Shown here: positions 24,310 through 38,453 of the stretch, piece by piece
Layout of the letters: each line of letters begins with the position of its first letter
Numbering within the stretch: the first letter of the stretch is position 1
Position numbers and translations under genes: made by a program
Notes under the pieces: generated by a model
The model's database searches: none
What the model saw: only the letters and a program-made list of their open reading frames with translations
What the model was told of the DNA's origin: nothing
Origin: Tubiluchus corallicola
Lineage: Eukaryota > Animalia > Priapulida
Length of the DNA stretch: 64,000 bases
Assembly: GCA_030141605.1 (NCBI GenBank)
Contig: JAQGDQ010000379.1
Location: 161,673-225,672, forward strand
Direction of reading: 5' to 3'

Positions 24310-24640
24310 CTAAGGCACGGGAACGCTACGTGGGACGTTCGCGCTTGCGTGCACTCTCGTGTACTGCCTCACCTTGCATTGCATCACCTACTACTTTCGT
24401 GTGCATAGCAGTGGCATGTATCACCATGTCATGTGCCGCACTGCCATCTACACGTACTATCTAAGTATCTTGCTGTGTACCGTAGCGTATCATCTCACTA
24501 TATACTAGCTGGTCCACCTTGCCTTGCACACTTACTCTCTTACAGTACATAGTGAGGTGGTACCACATGCAGCGCCATTGTACATTGCGATGTCAAGCAA
24601 CGCGAATATCCCACTTGCAGTGCTCTGTTTAGTGCTTCCT
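24310..24640. mobile_element. Putative MITE with imperfect inverted ends
   Basis: gctacgtgggacgttcgcgcttgc near the left end is an imperfect reverse complement of gcaacgcgaatatcccacttgc near the right end; no TSD confirmed. Confidence 0.4.
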
Positions 24641-25331
24641 AATATAACTGCCTAATACAATATAATTTTCCTTCTCTTCTTTAGAGTACCCACTCCATGA
24701 AATGTACTCTGAAAATTTACATTCGACTCTGGCACATTAACATTCTTACAGTAACAAGCTAATGAGTATAAGTTTTGCAAAAATAGTATTTAACACGGAC
24801 TAAAAACCCTTAAATGCTGACACATTTATATTAGGCAAATAAATAGCTAATTTGGCCTAATTACATGTGCTTGTCACAAAGCTCACAATACATTGTTAAC
24901 TAAGCTTTTTCTATTACACATATCATTATACATTTTATTTTAAAGTCTCTCTTGATTTCAATGGACTTCAATGTCTGTAGCCTCACTTACCTGCTTCATA
25001 TATTATCATTGCACAAATTACCTTGTGATTTTCTTAAACATATCTACTTTTTCTTAAATAAAGATATGTATTAAGTTCTTCTCATATTTTCTTGCCATTA
25101 AGACACCAGCAGCACTTATTAGTTCTTCTGAATATATAGCATGTTCACATAAAGTTGCTAAAACTTTAACATAGTCATTACTGCTGTCCTGATGGTCCTC
25201 ATAAGCTACCATCTGTCATTCTTGACTCTGTACCATTTTTTTACTTTATTTTTTTTCTAGAGTGAACAAGTGCTTACAAGCAATACCGTTGACAGCATCC
25301 GTACTTTACTGCTGAAGCAACGTTAGTGTCA

Positions 25332-28300
25332 ATGTTATCGGGCAGTATGACACTTGATTTTGACATTCGTGTTTTTTGCCAGAATCTTAGAGCTACTAAA
25401 CCTCCATATGAGTGCCCTGTTCCGGGCTGTGGCCGTATTTACAAAAGCTATACTGGAATTCATTTTCATTTATATCACCACCCTGATTCAGACAGTCCGG
25501 GCTCATCTCCCGCAGGAAGAAAACCAGGCCGAGGTCGTGGACGGAAGAGCTTCCAGCATCATCGTCAGTCCAAACCGGACAACAATCCACCTTCTCCCCC
25601 TGCATTTTTTCAACCTAAGGCAAAAGAAGCGCTGACATTTGCCCAAGCACAGAAATTAGTTGAAATTGAGTTTGGTGGTCGAACTCACCGACTAAATGCA
25701 AGCGATCAGCTGGACATTGTTTTTCGAGATGCCATTGAACCTAACATAACAGAAGAGGAAGAAGATAAAAACAGAGACTTGGCAAAAACTCCTTCAAAAG
25801 TTACAGATCCTAAAAAGAAGGAAGCATCTGCAGCGGGTGTGACGAAAGTCCCAGAGGCTAGCTTTAGAATTCTGGATAATTATAAATTTAAGAAGGTTCC
25901 GCCTCTTCCAAAAAGTTACTATCGATTCAAAGAACGATCATTTGCAGAGCTGGATGATGAAGTAGAATATGATATGGATGAGGAGGTATTTAATAAATAT
26001 TATTGTTTGTGAACTTATATTTTGATTTTTGCCAAAACTTTCTTGACTAGTTTGCTTTAGTAAATTCGATTTTTACTTCAGATATGTTCGAAAAATTTCA
26101 TCTTTAATAGTTAAAAAAATTACAATTTCAAAACCATAAAAAAAGCTTTTATGTATACAGTAAGTCCTCATTTAATGACTAGGCATTTTGCAACATTTCA
26201 TTTTAATGACGCTAAAAATTTGACACCGGTTTCTCACTTAATGACGCATGTTTCATTTTAAGGACGATTTTTTTGCTTTGTTTTAAGATCTATAGTAACC
26301 AGTATCTACATGAAATTGTCTCTAGGCTTGGCTTTCACTATGCAATATTCAATGCTTACTGTGTAGCTAGTGTTTCAGTATTAATGAAAGAGAAACCACT
26401 AACTAGGCACGGGAAATAAAAGATAGGTAGCTTCAAGCAACGAGAAGTAAATTAATCAGTAAAAATATAAATAAAACTCATAAACCATTTAATTTATATC
26501 AATAAGTAGCATTGATTTTTGCCTCTGGAACGGATCTCATTTCTTTCTTTTCCATTACTTTCTATGGAAGTCTTGGTTTTGTTTAGCAACATTTCATTAA
26601 CGTCGCACTTTGCGGAATACATTGGTGTCATTAAGCGAGGACTTGCTGTATTTTCAAATTTAGGTAACCCTATAATTCATCCATTTTTAATTATCTGCTC
26701 TTTATAGGCCACATTTGAGCTTTGTGATGATTTTATACTAGTTATATGAAAATTTAGTTACTGTTTTATATCACCATGATTTTCTAATTTAGTGTTTTGT
26801 TTTTGCTAGGATTGTGCTTGGCTGGAGATAATCAATGAGGAAAGAAAAGGTGACGGCCAGTCCTTTGTTCCACAAGATATATTTGAGTATCTTATGGACA
26901 GATTGGAAAAGGAAAGCTTTTTCCAAAGCCAGTATTCAGGAGAGCACCATACTCCAGGTGTAGATGATGATGCTGTGTGCTGTATTTGCAATGATGGAGA
27001 ATGTCAGAATTCTAACGTGATTTTGTTTTGTGATATGTGCAATCTTGCCGTGCACCAGGAATGCTATGGTGTCCCTTATATACCAGAAGGACAGTGGTTG
27101 TGCCGCCGATGTTTGCAATCGCCATCCAAGGCAGTTGATTGCGTGTTGTGTCCTAATAAAGGCGGAGCATTTAAACAGACTGATGATAGTAGATGGGCGC
27201 ACGTTGTTTGCGCATTATGGGTACCCGAGGTTCAGTTTGCAAACACAGTGTTTCTAGAGCCAATTGATAGCATTGAAAATATTCCACCAGCTCGGTGGAA
27301 GCTCACGTGTTATATATGTAAGCAAAGAGGTGTTGGTGCATGCATACAGTGTCATAAGACTAACTGTTATACCGCTTTTCATGTAACGTGTGCTCAACAG
27401 GCCGACTTATTTATGAAAATGCAGCCCATTCGAGAAAGTGGACCAAATGGAACACAGTTTACTGTCAGAAAAACTGCCTTCTGCGATACTCATACACCTC
27501 TGAATGCTAATTTTGACGAGGATGATGATATTGGTGGTGAAGATAGTCGTTCTAATTTTATGACAAAAGAAATGAAGGAACGCAACCGGATGGAATTAAA
27601 AAAAGTTAGAAAAATACTTGCTGAAAAAAGAGTGGCTATTCCTGTTGTTTCTATACCAACTATATCACCTGAAACGTAAGCCTTGCATATTTATTCTTAT
27701 TTATAATGAATTGTACTTAATATAGCTCAAATGTATTCCAATTTGAAGTTGAAAAACATTACGTTTAGACTGTAATGCGCATAATGCAAGGATGAATGCT
27801 GCGTTTAATACTCTAGTATTCTTGGTCAAATGTACACAAGCCCACTTGAGTACTGCCATAAATACAGACACCCTGTAGTATTGATATATCTTAAAGCAAA
27901 ATCTGTGAATATAACTCAAGTTTTATAATATTGTAGGCCTATTTGATATCAAAATAGATTACAAAATAGATTAAAATTTTACAGACACATCTTTTAAATA
28001 CCTTCAAAATTTTCACTTGAGAAGAGTAAAGGGTCCAGTAATTTTCTGCGCTTGTGTTGCAATGTGAGTGGCTGAACACTTTTCTATAGTATTGATTGGA
28101 TATTATCAAAAATTTGAACAGTGTCAAAATTGTTTTTTGACGAAATTCTAGCATTGGTGAGCTCCAGCAAACTTTTAGAGGAACAATTTGCATAGGAAGA
28201 ACTAAAATTAGCTTCTAAAAACTTTACTATGGTGTGTTGGATTATGGCTCCCGCATAGGTAATTTGCACTTGAGTAAACAGAAGTATCTGAGTACTCGAG

Positions 28301-31300
28301 TAAGTCCATTTCACCATTAGTAGTAGATGTATTTATTTCTGTGCTATAGGTAGGTAAATACGTAACTAACTAAAATGAAGGCTGTGTGTGAGACCTTTGA
28401 TTGATGTGTGTATGAAAAACAAAACGATAAATGTTTATTGGACAAACTATGATTTGTAATTTGTGCTTTTATATTATCACCATTAACATATTTTGGTTAG
28501 GTTGATCAAGATAGCACACAAGATCACCATTACTAAGAAGGTACCATTCTTAGCTAGACTCAAAGGATATTGGACTCTGAAGCGACAATCACGGAATGGA
28601 GTGCCACTGATTAGACGGTTACATACCTCAACTTGTCATCAACCTAGACGTGATTCACCAGGCTCCACTCAAATCACACCCAAACCAAATTACACCTTGC
28701 AAAAGTCTCCCCTTATTACTCCCAAATCACCAGAGCCTGCACAGAAATCTCCTGTAATATCACCGGAATCGTTGAAGGCTGTGTCCCCATGTTCGGTATC
28801 TCCAGGGCGGTCTCAGATGCCAAAGTTGTCACCTCAACCACAGAGAACTGCAAAGGCTTTCATAGAACCGCGGAACCTCTTTTCAAGTGTTGGTTTGGTA
28901 AGATATACAGTATAACATGCATATCCATGTTTTCCTCCTAATTTCAACAGCTTAGTTATCTTTAAGAGATCTGAAAAAGGATCTAAGCAGTCACATAGTA
29001 TGACAAACTGAGCGAATTAACGTATTCACTTTCAGCGATTAGATATAGTATTGTACATCATACATGCATTTTGTTTGCATAGTTTTTAGCAACAAACTTT
29101 TTCTTACTTATTAGATTTTTAGACATATTTACTTACCCATATGCTATAGTACAAAGCAATACATATGAACCACTGAGCCATTTTTTTAAATGCGCCATCA
29201 TGAATTATAGTATTCTGTCGTGTTTATCTTCCCTTTAGAATGCTAAAGTCTATCACTGAAAGTCATTTTACATGTATTATGCTTTAAGTGCTAATTAGAT
29301 AAAAGAGTAATAGAATTTACTTTAGTTCTGTGTTCACATTTGAATAAAGTTGCACTTTAGAACATATGTATATGTTTTGACTTTTGTCATCCTTATGTTT
29401 TATAAATATGTGCCTTCTGATTCTTATTTATACTTGATTTATGCTTTATTTTATACTTGATATTTAGCCCCAACTGTTGACTGATAAGCAGTTGAAATCT
29501 AGTGATGAAAAAGGCAGGAGGAGTGAAAACGAACAGATTGTTAAGAATTATGAAGAGGAGCACCTTAAAGATTGGAGAGATCTTCGGAAGAACCTGGAAC
29601 AAGCAAGATTACTTGTGGAACTTGTTAGAAAAAGAGAGAAGTTGAAGCGAGAAGAGGTAATTATGCAACAGCTGATTCTAAAGCTAAACTAAAAACAGTA
29701 GAAATGTATGAAAAGTATGTAGATGTATGTAAATGTGTGTAGATCAGTCTTTTGCTGCATTATATTAAATGTACATTGTAATAGCAGGCTGATTTTTTTC
29801 GAAATTCCATTGTTCTTTACATTTTACACTGCTTATTAAAGTGAAACATTTTTATTGATATTCTGTATTTAAAAACGTAAACTGGTGTATGAGAGAGGGT
29901 GTTAATAAATAAGTTTTGAAGTTTACAATGTTAGATACAACTATTACAAAATTATTGCAGCCTTGATTACATCGTTTTTAAGTTTAAAATATTTCCATGC
30001 AGGTAAAGACGCACCAGCAAATAGTTGATGCAAAACTTGTGCCATTCAACACATTTTTACATCAAGTTCTTAACTTGCTGCAAGAAAAAGACACTGGAAA
30101 TATATTTTCAGAACCCGTAGATGTTGCTGATGTAAGTACATTTTACTTTTCTAGAGGTTGCCCCTGCCTTACCGTAACCGTAACTTTTTATTTGCTATCT
30201 AAATTGACATTGATTTAACAAAGTAAACATCCTTCACCAAAAGAACTCTCAGCAAGTACCAAGTGTCCATTTCATATTGTGTATGTTTTGGATGCTCCCA
30301 AACCACCTACCCAATTTACTGATGATAGGAAAAGTTTGCTCTGCTGATTCATAGGCTTTAGTAGCCTAACTTTTACTATTTTTGAAGGTCATGATGTCCC
30401 CTTGTTAAGCACTTTATGACAAAGACAAGATCTATTTACTGTCGCTTATTTGACAGACAGCATTAGCACTAACGGCTATTCAACGACTTACAACAATACA
30501 GGTAAGGTAAAGACCCAACGCACAAACAATGAATAACATGTAGGGTATACCCGCCTGACGTTGGTAGCCGCTAGTCTCGAATGCAAGACTTTGTTTTTGC
30601 AGTCCAAAATCTAAACCATTTGGCCACTCAACCCAGAACAATTATGAAGGCAGCTTAATCAGGCCTGCACTGTTATTCCAGAGCAACTCAAGTAAAATTG
30701 TTGTCAGACTTTCACCTATCATTAGCAAGTGGTTGAAGATAGGACGTTTAGGATGTACATCAAAAAAGTGCTGGTATAACAGTGTAAGCCAAATGAAATC
30801 ATATTCTTTTTTCACAAAAAGTGATGTGTGATTATTGTAAGAATTGCATTTTATAAAAAAACCTGACGTGCTTATTCTGAAAATAACATTACAAATGTGA
30901 ATTTACGGTATAAATTTCATAGGTGCCAGACTATTACAACTTTATCAAACATCCCATGGACTTTTCCAAGATGAGGCGGAAGATAGATGACCATCAGTAC
31001 CAAAGTTTAGATGAATTTGAGAAAGATTTTGAGTTGATTGTTTACAATTGCATGTCTTACAATGCCAAGGATACAGTGTTCTACAGAGCTGCTTTACGTC
31101 TGAGAGATCAAGTGAGGAATTCTTCTTATACACATAGTAGATATTAGTGTTGATGCAACAATATATATTTACAGAGCAAGAAACAGAATAATTTTGGGTT
31201 AGGTTTTAAGTACCCAAAATTGGTTTTGTACCACGGTTTGGGATTTTGTACCTCTGGCTCTTGCTTGCATATCAGACTTTCTTAAACTATATACTTCCCT

Positions 31301-34300
31301 TACAGAGCATTAAGATCTAACTCAAACGGAAATAATATTGAAGTATCACGTACCAGGCTTGTCACAAGGGTGCTAAATAGTTCGGTTCTGCTGCCTTTAA
31401 ACTGTGGAATTGTTTGCTGCTGCAATTTCACCTGATTCAAGTTGCTTGATAATTTTTAAAAAATCTGAAAACTTACTGAATTAACGAAGCCTTCTGTAAT
31501 TGAGATAATCTTGCATTTTCTACGATTATGTATGTTTTATGGCATTGCTTTTATTTTTTTTACTAAATTTTCCGTGTTTTTATTATTTTAATTTTTGGCA
31601 TATTCAATGTACCTTTAATCAGTCAATATGCCATGGCCCTATATATCTTATGAATTAATTTTTTAGTAATTTTGATGATCATTTACTTGCAGTTGATCAA
31701 CACGTAAAATGTATTAAAAGTATTCAATAAATTATTATTTGTGCTAAAACCTTTCCGAATGAAGATTATGTTCATTTACCAAGCAAATTTTCTGTTAGTT
31801 TTAAGTTTAGCTTCACGAAAAGGTAATTTATTAAAGGTGTAATGTTAACAAAGCAAAGTTTTTGTACTACAAGTCTTTTACTTTCCAGTATTTGTTGTAT
31901 ACAAGTATTTTCATACTAAGCAGGGTGGACATACATTGAGACAGTGCAAACGGGCAGCTGACATGACTGGATATGACACCATGGGGGGAATACACCTGAA
32001 GGAGGCACCCCGCTCACATGATAGTGCATCTCACGAGAAAGAAGAATTTGAAATTATGTCTGAGGAAGAAAGGGAGCAAATGTCTTTAAAGGAGCAACTT
32101 GAATACTTTTTCCGTATGATGAATAAAGCCGAGTCAATTAAGCGTGGAGGTAAATATTTATTAGGAATAATGTTAAATTATGTAGGAGAGCTGAAAAAGT
32201 CTCGCTCTAAACTTTCAACACCTTTGAGGCCAAAGTGAATTCTATAAACATGCAAAAAAAGAAATTATTCGATCAGTTATTCATATGTAAACCTCAGGAA
32301 AAAAGAACAAAGTCCTGCTAGGATTGTTATGTGAGTAAGAAATCAATTTTCAATTTTTTATTAAGTTTTTTGTAAAAATTCTAGCTGCTCGTTCAAAATG
32401 GATGAAGCGTCTAAAGAAAGAAGTAAAGGTGGTGAGAAGAAAAATAGCAATAGCGCAACGGGAGAAACTGCATCCCGCCAGCTCAGGTAATTTTTTGCTA
32501 CTTCTCTCAAAATCTAAATAAATTTTCAGTTACTTAGTAGTTTTAATCTGTTACGTTTCAAAGTGCAAGTGCTTTAAAACTGCAGTGTTAAGTTATAGGA
32601 AAAAATGGCATTAATGTAAAATGTAATGTTTCTGAGCTTTCAGCAGTGCTGGTTAGATTTTATGTCAAGAAAAAAATGGTTTCCTGCACTAAATTTCAAC
32701 CGGCAATACTAAGTTATAATTTTTTGTCAGTCTAACAAGCTCAGTGCTAATAAGATAAGATAAAAATTATTCTGCCTTGCTGTAATCTTTCATCTCATTT
32801 TCATTTGGTTCAACATTAAAATATACATTACTATAAACAGAGGAAACAACAACATGTACACATGAACAATCTTAATCGTAAAGTGAATGAAATAGTCACC
32901 TTTTGTGCATAAGGTACATCATCACACCAAATTAAAATTTCACCTGTAGCAGCACCATTAATTGATTATCTTACTGTAGAGTAATAGACGTATGTTTGAA
33001 TTATTAAAATGGGAAACAAACACAAAGCTTAAAATCAGATGATACATGAGAGTCTAGGAAACTGATCGTATAGTAAGAAATTAAATTGTGCTAACTGCAC
33101 TTGGAATGAAAGAATTCAGAAATCTATTAGTGTTACAAATAAGGCTTATACCTGCTATTTTTCAGTTTTTCAAAATTTGATGCAAGAGGGTCGAATGGGA
33201 TTCTGTTCCCATAAAATGCTGTGAAATTTACCCGATTTTTCAGATGAGAGTGATGAGGAAACTTCCCAAGACACTGTGAAGAGACATCATCCCCGGAAAA
33301 ATGCATCGAAACTCAAAAGTTCGCATTTGTCTACTGATGGTTCTGTTACATATTCAACAGTCACCACAGTGGCTGCTGGAGAAAAAAATGATGAAGAACC
33401 AATAGCAAAGGATGTGCCAGAAAAAAGAAAAAGAGGTTGGCCAAAAGGAAAGCCAAGAGGGAAAAGGCTTAATAAAGATGTCAGTTCTTTGGTCAAAAGC
33501 AACAAATCGGAACCAAGTAACCCAGTTTAATTTAGTAGTTTGCATATCATTTAGTCATTAAGCAAATCAAGTTTGTGTCATGATTTATTTGAATAATTGT
33601 ACGGCAAAGAATATGTTAACAAAAATGTAACTACATACAATGAATATTTACCTATATATATAGAATATTGCACTTTGTCCCATTTTAGTCTGGACAAATT
33701 TCTGTACTGTACTCAGTTATTCATATCTTTCCAAGCACTGATAGTCATGAATTTTATTCACGAAATGTATCTCATTTCTAACAGCTTTTATAATTATATG
33801 ATACGTAAATGAACAATTAGTTTTAGTAATTTTGAACTTTTAGGTGAAACTGAGAAAAAAAGTCACATGCCAGCACCCTCTACACCTTCTCATGTTAGCA
33901 GCAGTGGAGAAGGTACAGCACCTCCAACTCCATCGTCTTCTCCTGTAGTGGCATCACCTTCTGGTGTCAGTAGACGAACAGCAGTTTTGTTTGGCAAAAC
34001 GTCCGGAGCAAGAAAAGTGCTTCATCTTGGGCCGAATCGACGTCCTGGTCGTCCAAGGTACTTCAGAGAGTAAAATTATTATTTATTTATTTATTTATTA
34101 TTTATTAGACACAAAAATAAATATATACATTTTGTATGTGAGTAAAAGTAAACAGTTCATTATATGTTCATGATCTATATGAAGATTGTGTCTACCACTG
34201 TGTATGTGTGCCATGGGTGGCAGCAAGGAACTAAATCCTCAAACACATCAGAGTGTCATCCATCCAGTTGTAGGACGATCGTTGAAATCTAAAGATTCTT

Positions 34301-37300
34301 ATTGTAGCCCTGTAATTATTGATACGTTGTTGTCAGGTTGTTTAACTTATTTTTATTCAGGCTCAAAAGTAATGTTACTGATCTCACAATGGAGACTACA
34401 TCACACACCACTCACTCAACAGAAACATCTGCTGTCTCCCCAAAGTCATCGGCCACCACTTCAGCTGTTTCTCCCAAACACACAACACCAAAGTTGCCAC
34501 ACGAGCCAATTTCTCCAAAACCACCAAAGTCACCAAAAGGAGATAAATTGTTGGTACCAAAGCAATCGTCTGCACCCCGCTCACCAGGCAAACGGAAGCA
34601 ACATTCTGGCAGTGCAGAGGAAATGCCAGCTGCCAAGAAATTAGCATTTGACAAAACAGTTTCTCCAATTGCTGCACAGAAGGAAAGCTTTCAGGTTTGT
34701 ACTTTCTAACTAGAATTGTTAAGAATACTCTTACGAACACATTTGTAAATTAACAAGAGTAGCTATAACCTTTCTTATTTTCACAGACCCGTTTCATTGG
34801 CATACTGTGTATTTTGTCTAGCGGTACGAGGTTTGCTAAGTACAAAATTCAGCTGAGCCAACCATACAAACAATTTGCGTTGGTGAATCAGAGCCTTACT
34901 AGGTCATGTTTTGCGTAGCAACTTTTAGACATAACAATAACTTCAACAGTTTAACAACTAATAAAATTCGTTAGTAGCCTACTTAACGTGTTAAAAAGAA
35001 AAGTTAATTATATGAGAAAGGGTGGCCAAGGACCATACAGTCCTCTAGGTCACCCACCCCCATTTTTAAATATTTAATACCTTTCGTACATGGCTGGATT
35101 AGAGCTCATTTATAATACAGTATAAGTAGATGTTGATTCATACATCATCTTTTTTATGAGGCAAAAGTAATTTAATCGTGCTAGACATTGTAATGTGGTG
35201 ACAATAAAGTGGCACTTTTCTAGTTTGTAATGACATTCAGTCATTTTTTAAACTCCAATATCTGGCATCACCACTTTCCTAGTGCAGTTGTCTGTAATCT
35301 TGCATAAAATTCCATTCACCCTGTTTGGCCCCATCTGTTTTATATTTGCTGGCTAAAACACTTTTTCATTCAAATTACTCCATCATAATTTAGTAATGTC
35401 CGCAATTCTGTTATTGAAATCATTTTCACATTTTGATATGCATACCCTTGTGTCTTTTGTCAATCAGTATTTCTCATTTAAGCGTAATAATCAGTAACAC
35501 TTTTTGTCATTTATGTAATAGCTATTATCTCTATATTTTTTATGTCTAAATGAATAATTATGTTTATAATGAATATATTAAAAAAACTGATTGCTGTTCA
35601 TGCTAAAACAGGCATACAGGGTTAACAGTGAGCTAGCTGAGAGTGCTTCAGAATCAGATGTCGGCTCAGATAGCAGTTCTACTGCTGACTCTTCCTCAAG
35701 TCTCTCCTCGGATGAATCAAATTCTGAGGGTAATACAAGTGATTCCGACTCACTTTGTAGTGGTGCTGCTAAAGGTACACGCTTGCTGCCATCTAGTGTC
35801 GACATCATAATTCATTCCTAGTACTTTTGTGTAGCTATGAATATTTTTTCTGCTGTCAATGATCTAACAGCATTCAGAAATCACATATTATAGCTGCCTG
35901 GCTAAGACTAACATATTATGCTTAACACAGTAAGAAGAAATGTGCGACACTAGATTCATTAACTGCTGCTTTTATTGTTTTAATTTCAAAAAAAGTCCAG
36001 CATTTTTTACTCCAGTTTTAACATGTTCGTCTTTAACTGTAATTATTATATTATTTGTTACTTTTCCTGATTTGATAGCTTTAAAATGCAAAAAGTATTA
36101 AATGTTATTTGTGTTGCAGCAAAGGTAGTAATATGACTGGCTATCATTAGCATCTTACTGCCGAAATGCCGCGTTTTGTTGTATTGACAGTTGGAATATC
36201 GGTATTTGTTGCAAATTCACAATAGGTTATTTTTCAATGTTTGGGTTTCAGGGTTGTTACAAACAACAAATCAAATTTATGTAAGTGTCAAATTTATCAG
36301 GACTGAACAGAAAAAGCTTGCAGGCTGCAGAAATGCTGGGTTTTTCATCTGTGCATAGTAACCCAATGCATGCTAAAAAATTTTGCTCTCTTTTGTGGTT
36401 TGGTGTCAAGAGCTGTATTGATGCTGTACAAAATAAATTGCCTGATATAATTGCACATCCCTGTTACACTATTTACCATACTTGTACATAATTTTTTGCA
36501 AAGCATGTTAGTTTTATTTTTATTAAAAGTGTTAAAGCCACTTGTTTGCAATGCTCAAAAGCTAAATTTATATCAGTATCTTTACATTGTTTGTTCTATG
36601 TTTTTGTAGCGTTAGTACTATGCTGATAGTGACAGTACTAGGAGTGAGCTAGTGCAATTTTTTACAATACTGTTTGCTTGTGTTAAAGTGTTAGTAAAAT
36701 AAATTTATAATAAATTTGTTCAATTTTCCCATAAATTATCTGTTAGCTTTTTGTGATTCCTGATTTTACTGGTTATTCTGAACACTTGATTCAGTTTTGA
36801 AAGCAATATCACTACCTCCAGCTAAAGAATATTGAATTTTATTGTAAAATTTTTTAAAAACTTAAAGATTACTTACAAAATCTTATAACAATAGTAGGTG
36901 ACTGTAATTACGGTTATATTACATAAATTTATTGTCTCTTGACTTGTTTGATGCAGGTGGCAGCAGGAAACGACGGTCACATGACACAGACGGAACGGCA
37001 GCATTAGAGCCACTGGATCTTGTATGGGCAAAATGTAGAGGCTATCCGTGGTACCCGGCTTTGGTTAGTTTATTGTTACCACTTAGCCAATATTTTTCAG
37101 CCTAGCATTAGCAAACTGTAGCCAATTTACTTCGTATTTGGGCAGCATAAAAGTTTACCTGTTTATGGTGTTAATACTTGAATTATTTTAATCTAGATTA
37201 TAAACCCAAAGATGCCCAAAACAGGATATTTTCACAATGGTGTGCCTATTCCAGTGCCACCAGATGAAGTACTTGAGCTACAGCAGAAATTCAGCGAACC

Positions 37301-38453
37301 AGTTTTTCTTGTCTTGTTTTTTGACACTAAAAGGACATGGTAGGTTATTTTAACTTTATACTCGAAATATTTAATAGTTACAGTAAAAATGGTTTATCTC
37401 ATTAACTTTAATTTCATCTAATAAATGTGCAAAGATGAGTGAGTCAATATTCTGACCGTCTAACAATATTTCTGACTGATTCTCTTTAAAATCAAATGAA
37501 TCATGTTTGTCTTTCTCTTATGAACTCAGCTGTCACCTCAAACTTAAGCTCCACAACTCCCGTAATGGCAAAAAGGTTGTTTGAATCTAATAGACTAACA
37601 AACACAATATTAATCAGACACTTGTTGCATTTTAATGCATACTGTGTGCTAAAACCGTAACTACCTTACTAAAACAGGTGTATGTAAACTTGTTTGAATC
37701 GTGTGATCAAGTCTGCCCATCTCTTCTATTATAATGTTCATATGATGATGTACAAACCCTCCCATAAATTAAATTTAGATACCAAACTTGGAAGACAGAA
37801 AATTCATCCTTTATAGCTATGCAACCAAATTTAGCGTGTTAGATCACTCAGAATAAAGTGATTGTAACAAATTGAATGAATGTAGTTTTTTGACTAATTT
37901 TAGGACTGAATTTTTTGTGGGTTTTGAGGCCCCACCATACACCATAAGCCCCAGTAACTGAGGCAGCCCAACATTCATCTCTAAGACATTCCTAAGTTCA
38001 TCCCTAAAGTTCACAATCAATTATGAGTATTAAGTCTACAATAATCAGTCGTCCTAGGATGATGTGCAAAAGCAATGAAACTACAAATGGTAAAACTAAA
38101 AGTCAATCACGTCAGTCGGGTCTGAGTGACCTTATTCTAATTATAAAATTGATATTATCTCTATAATAGTGATTGTATTGTTTACAGGCAATGGCTTCCT
38201 AGGCACAATCTAACTGTAAAATTGTAATTTTCTCTATAATAATGATGTTATTGTTTACAGGCAATGGCTTCCTAGGCACAAGCTTGATCCTCTAGGTGTA
38301 AATCCGACGCTAGATAGCGCTAAACTTGTTTCCTCTCGTAAACCAGCAGAACGGAAAGCCGTGCGCACTGCATATCACAAAGCTATCAATCACCGGCGCA
38401 AAGTTGATGGCGACCCTACACTATCCGATCGTGACAGCAATGATGACTTCTAA
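25332..38453 (+). CDS. BRPF1: Peregrin / bromodomain and PHD finger-containing protein (C2H2, EPC, PZP, bromodomain, PWWP), scaffold of MOZ/MORF/HBO1 acetyltransferase complexes
   Basis: Phase-consistent GT-AG exons: 25332-25985, 26810-27675, 28501-28897, 29468-29656, 30003-30131, 30923-31111, 31924-32149, 32385-32486, 33244-33516, 33844-34057, 34361-34694, 35612-35774, 36957-37063, 37197-37339, 38261-38453. Motifs: [125 protein letters not shown]. Alternative start ATG at 25347. Confidence 0.95.
26158..26648. mobile_element. Tc1/mariner (Tigger/pogo-type) MITE in a BRPF1 intron
   Basis: TIRs CAGTAAGTCCTCATTTAATGAC / GTCATTAAGCGAGGACTTGCTG with TA on both sides. Confidence 0.8.
30420..30633 (-). 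mobile_element. tRNA-derived SINE remnant
   Basis: Minus strand begins gggttgagTGGCCAAATGGtttag... with a degenerate B box cattcgagact; 3' boundary uncertain. Confidence 0.45.
31296..31480 (+). mobile_element. L2-like LINE 3' fragment
   Basis: [35 protein letters not shown] resembles the L2 ORF2 C-terminus. Confidence 0.55.
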
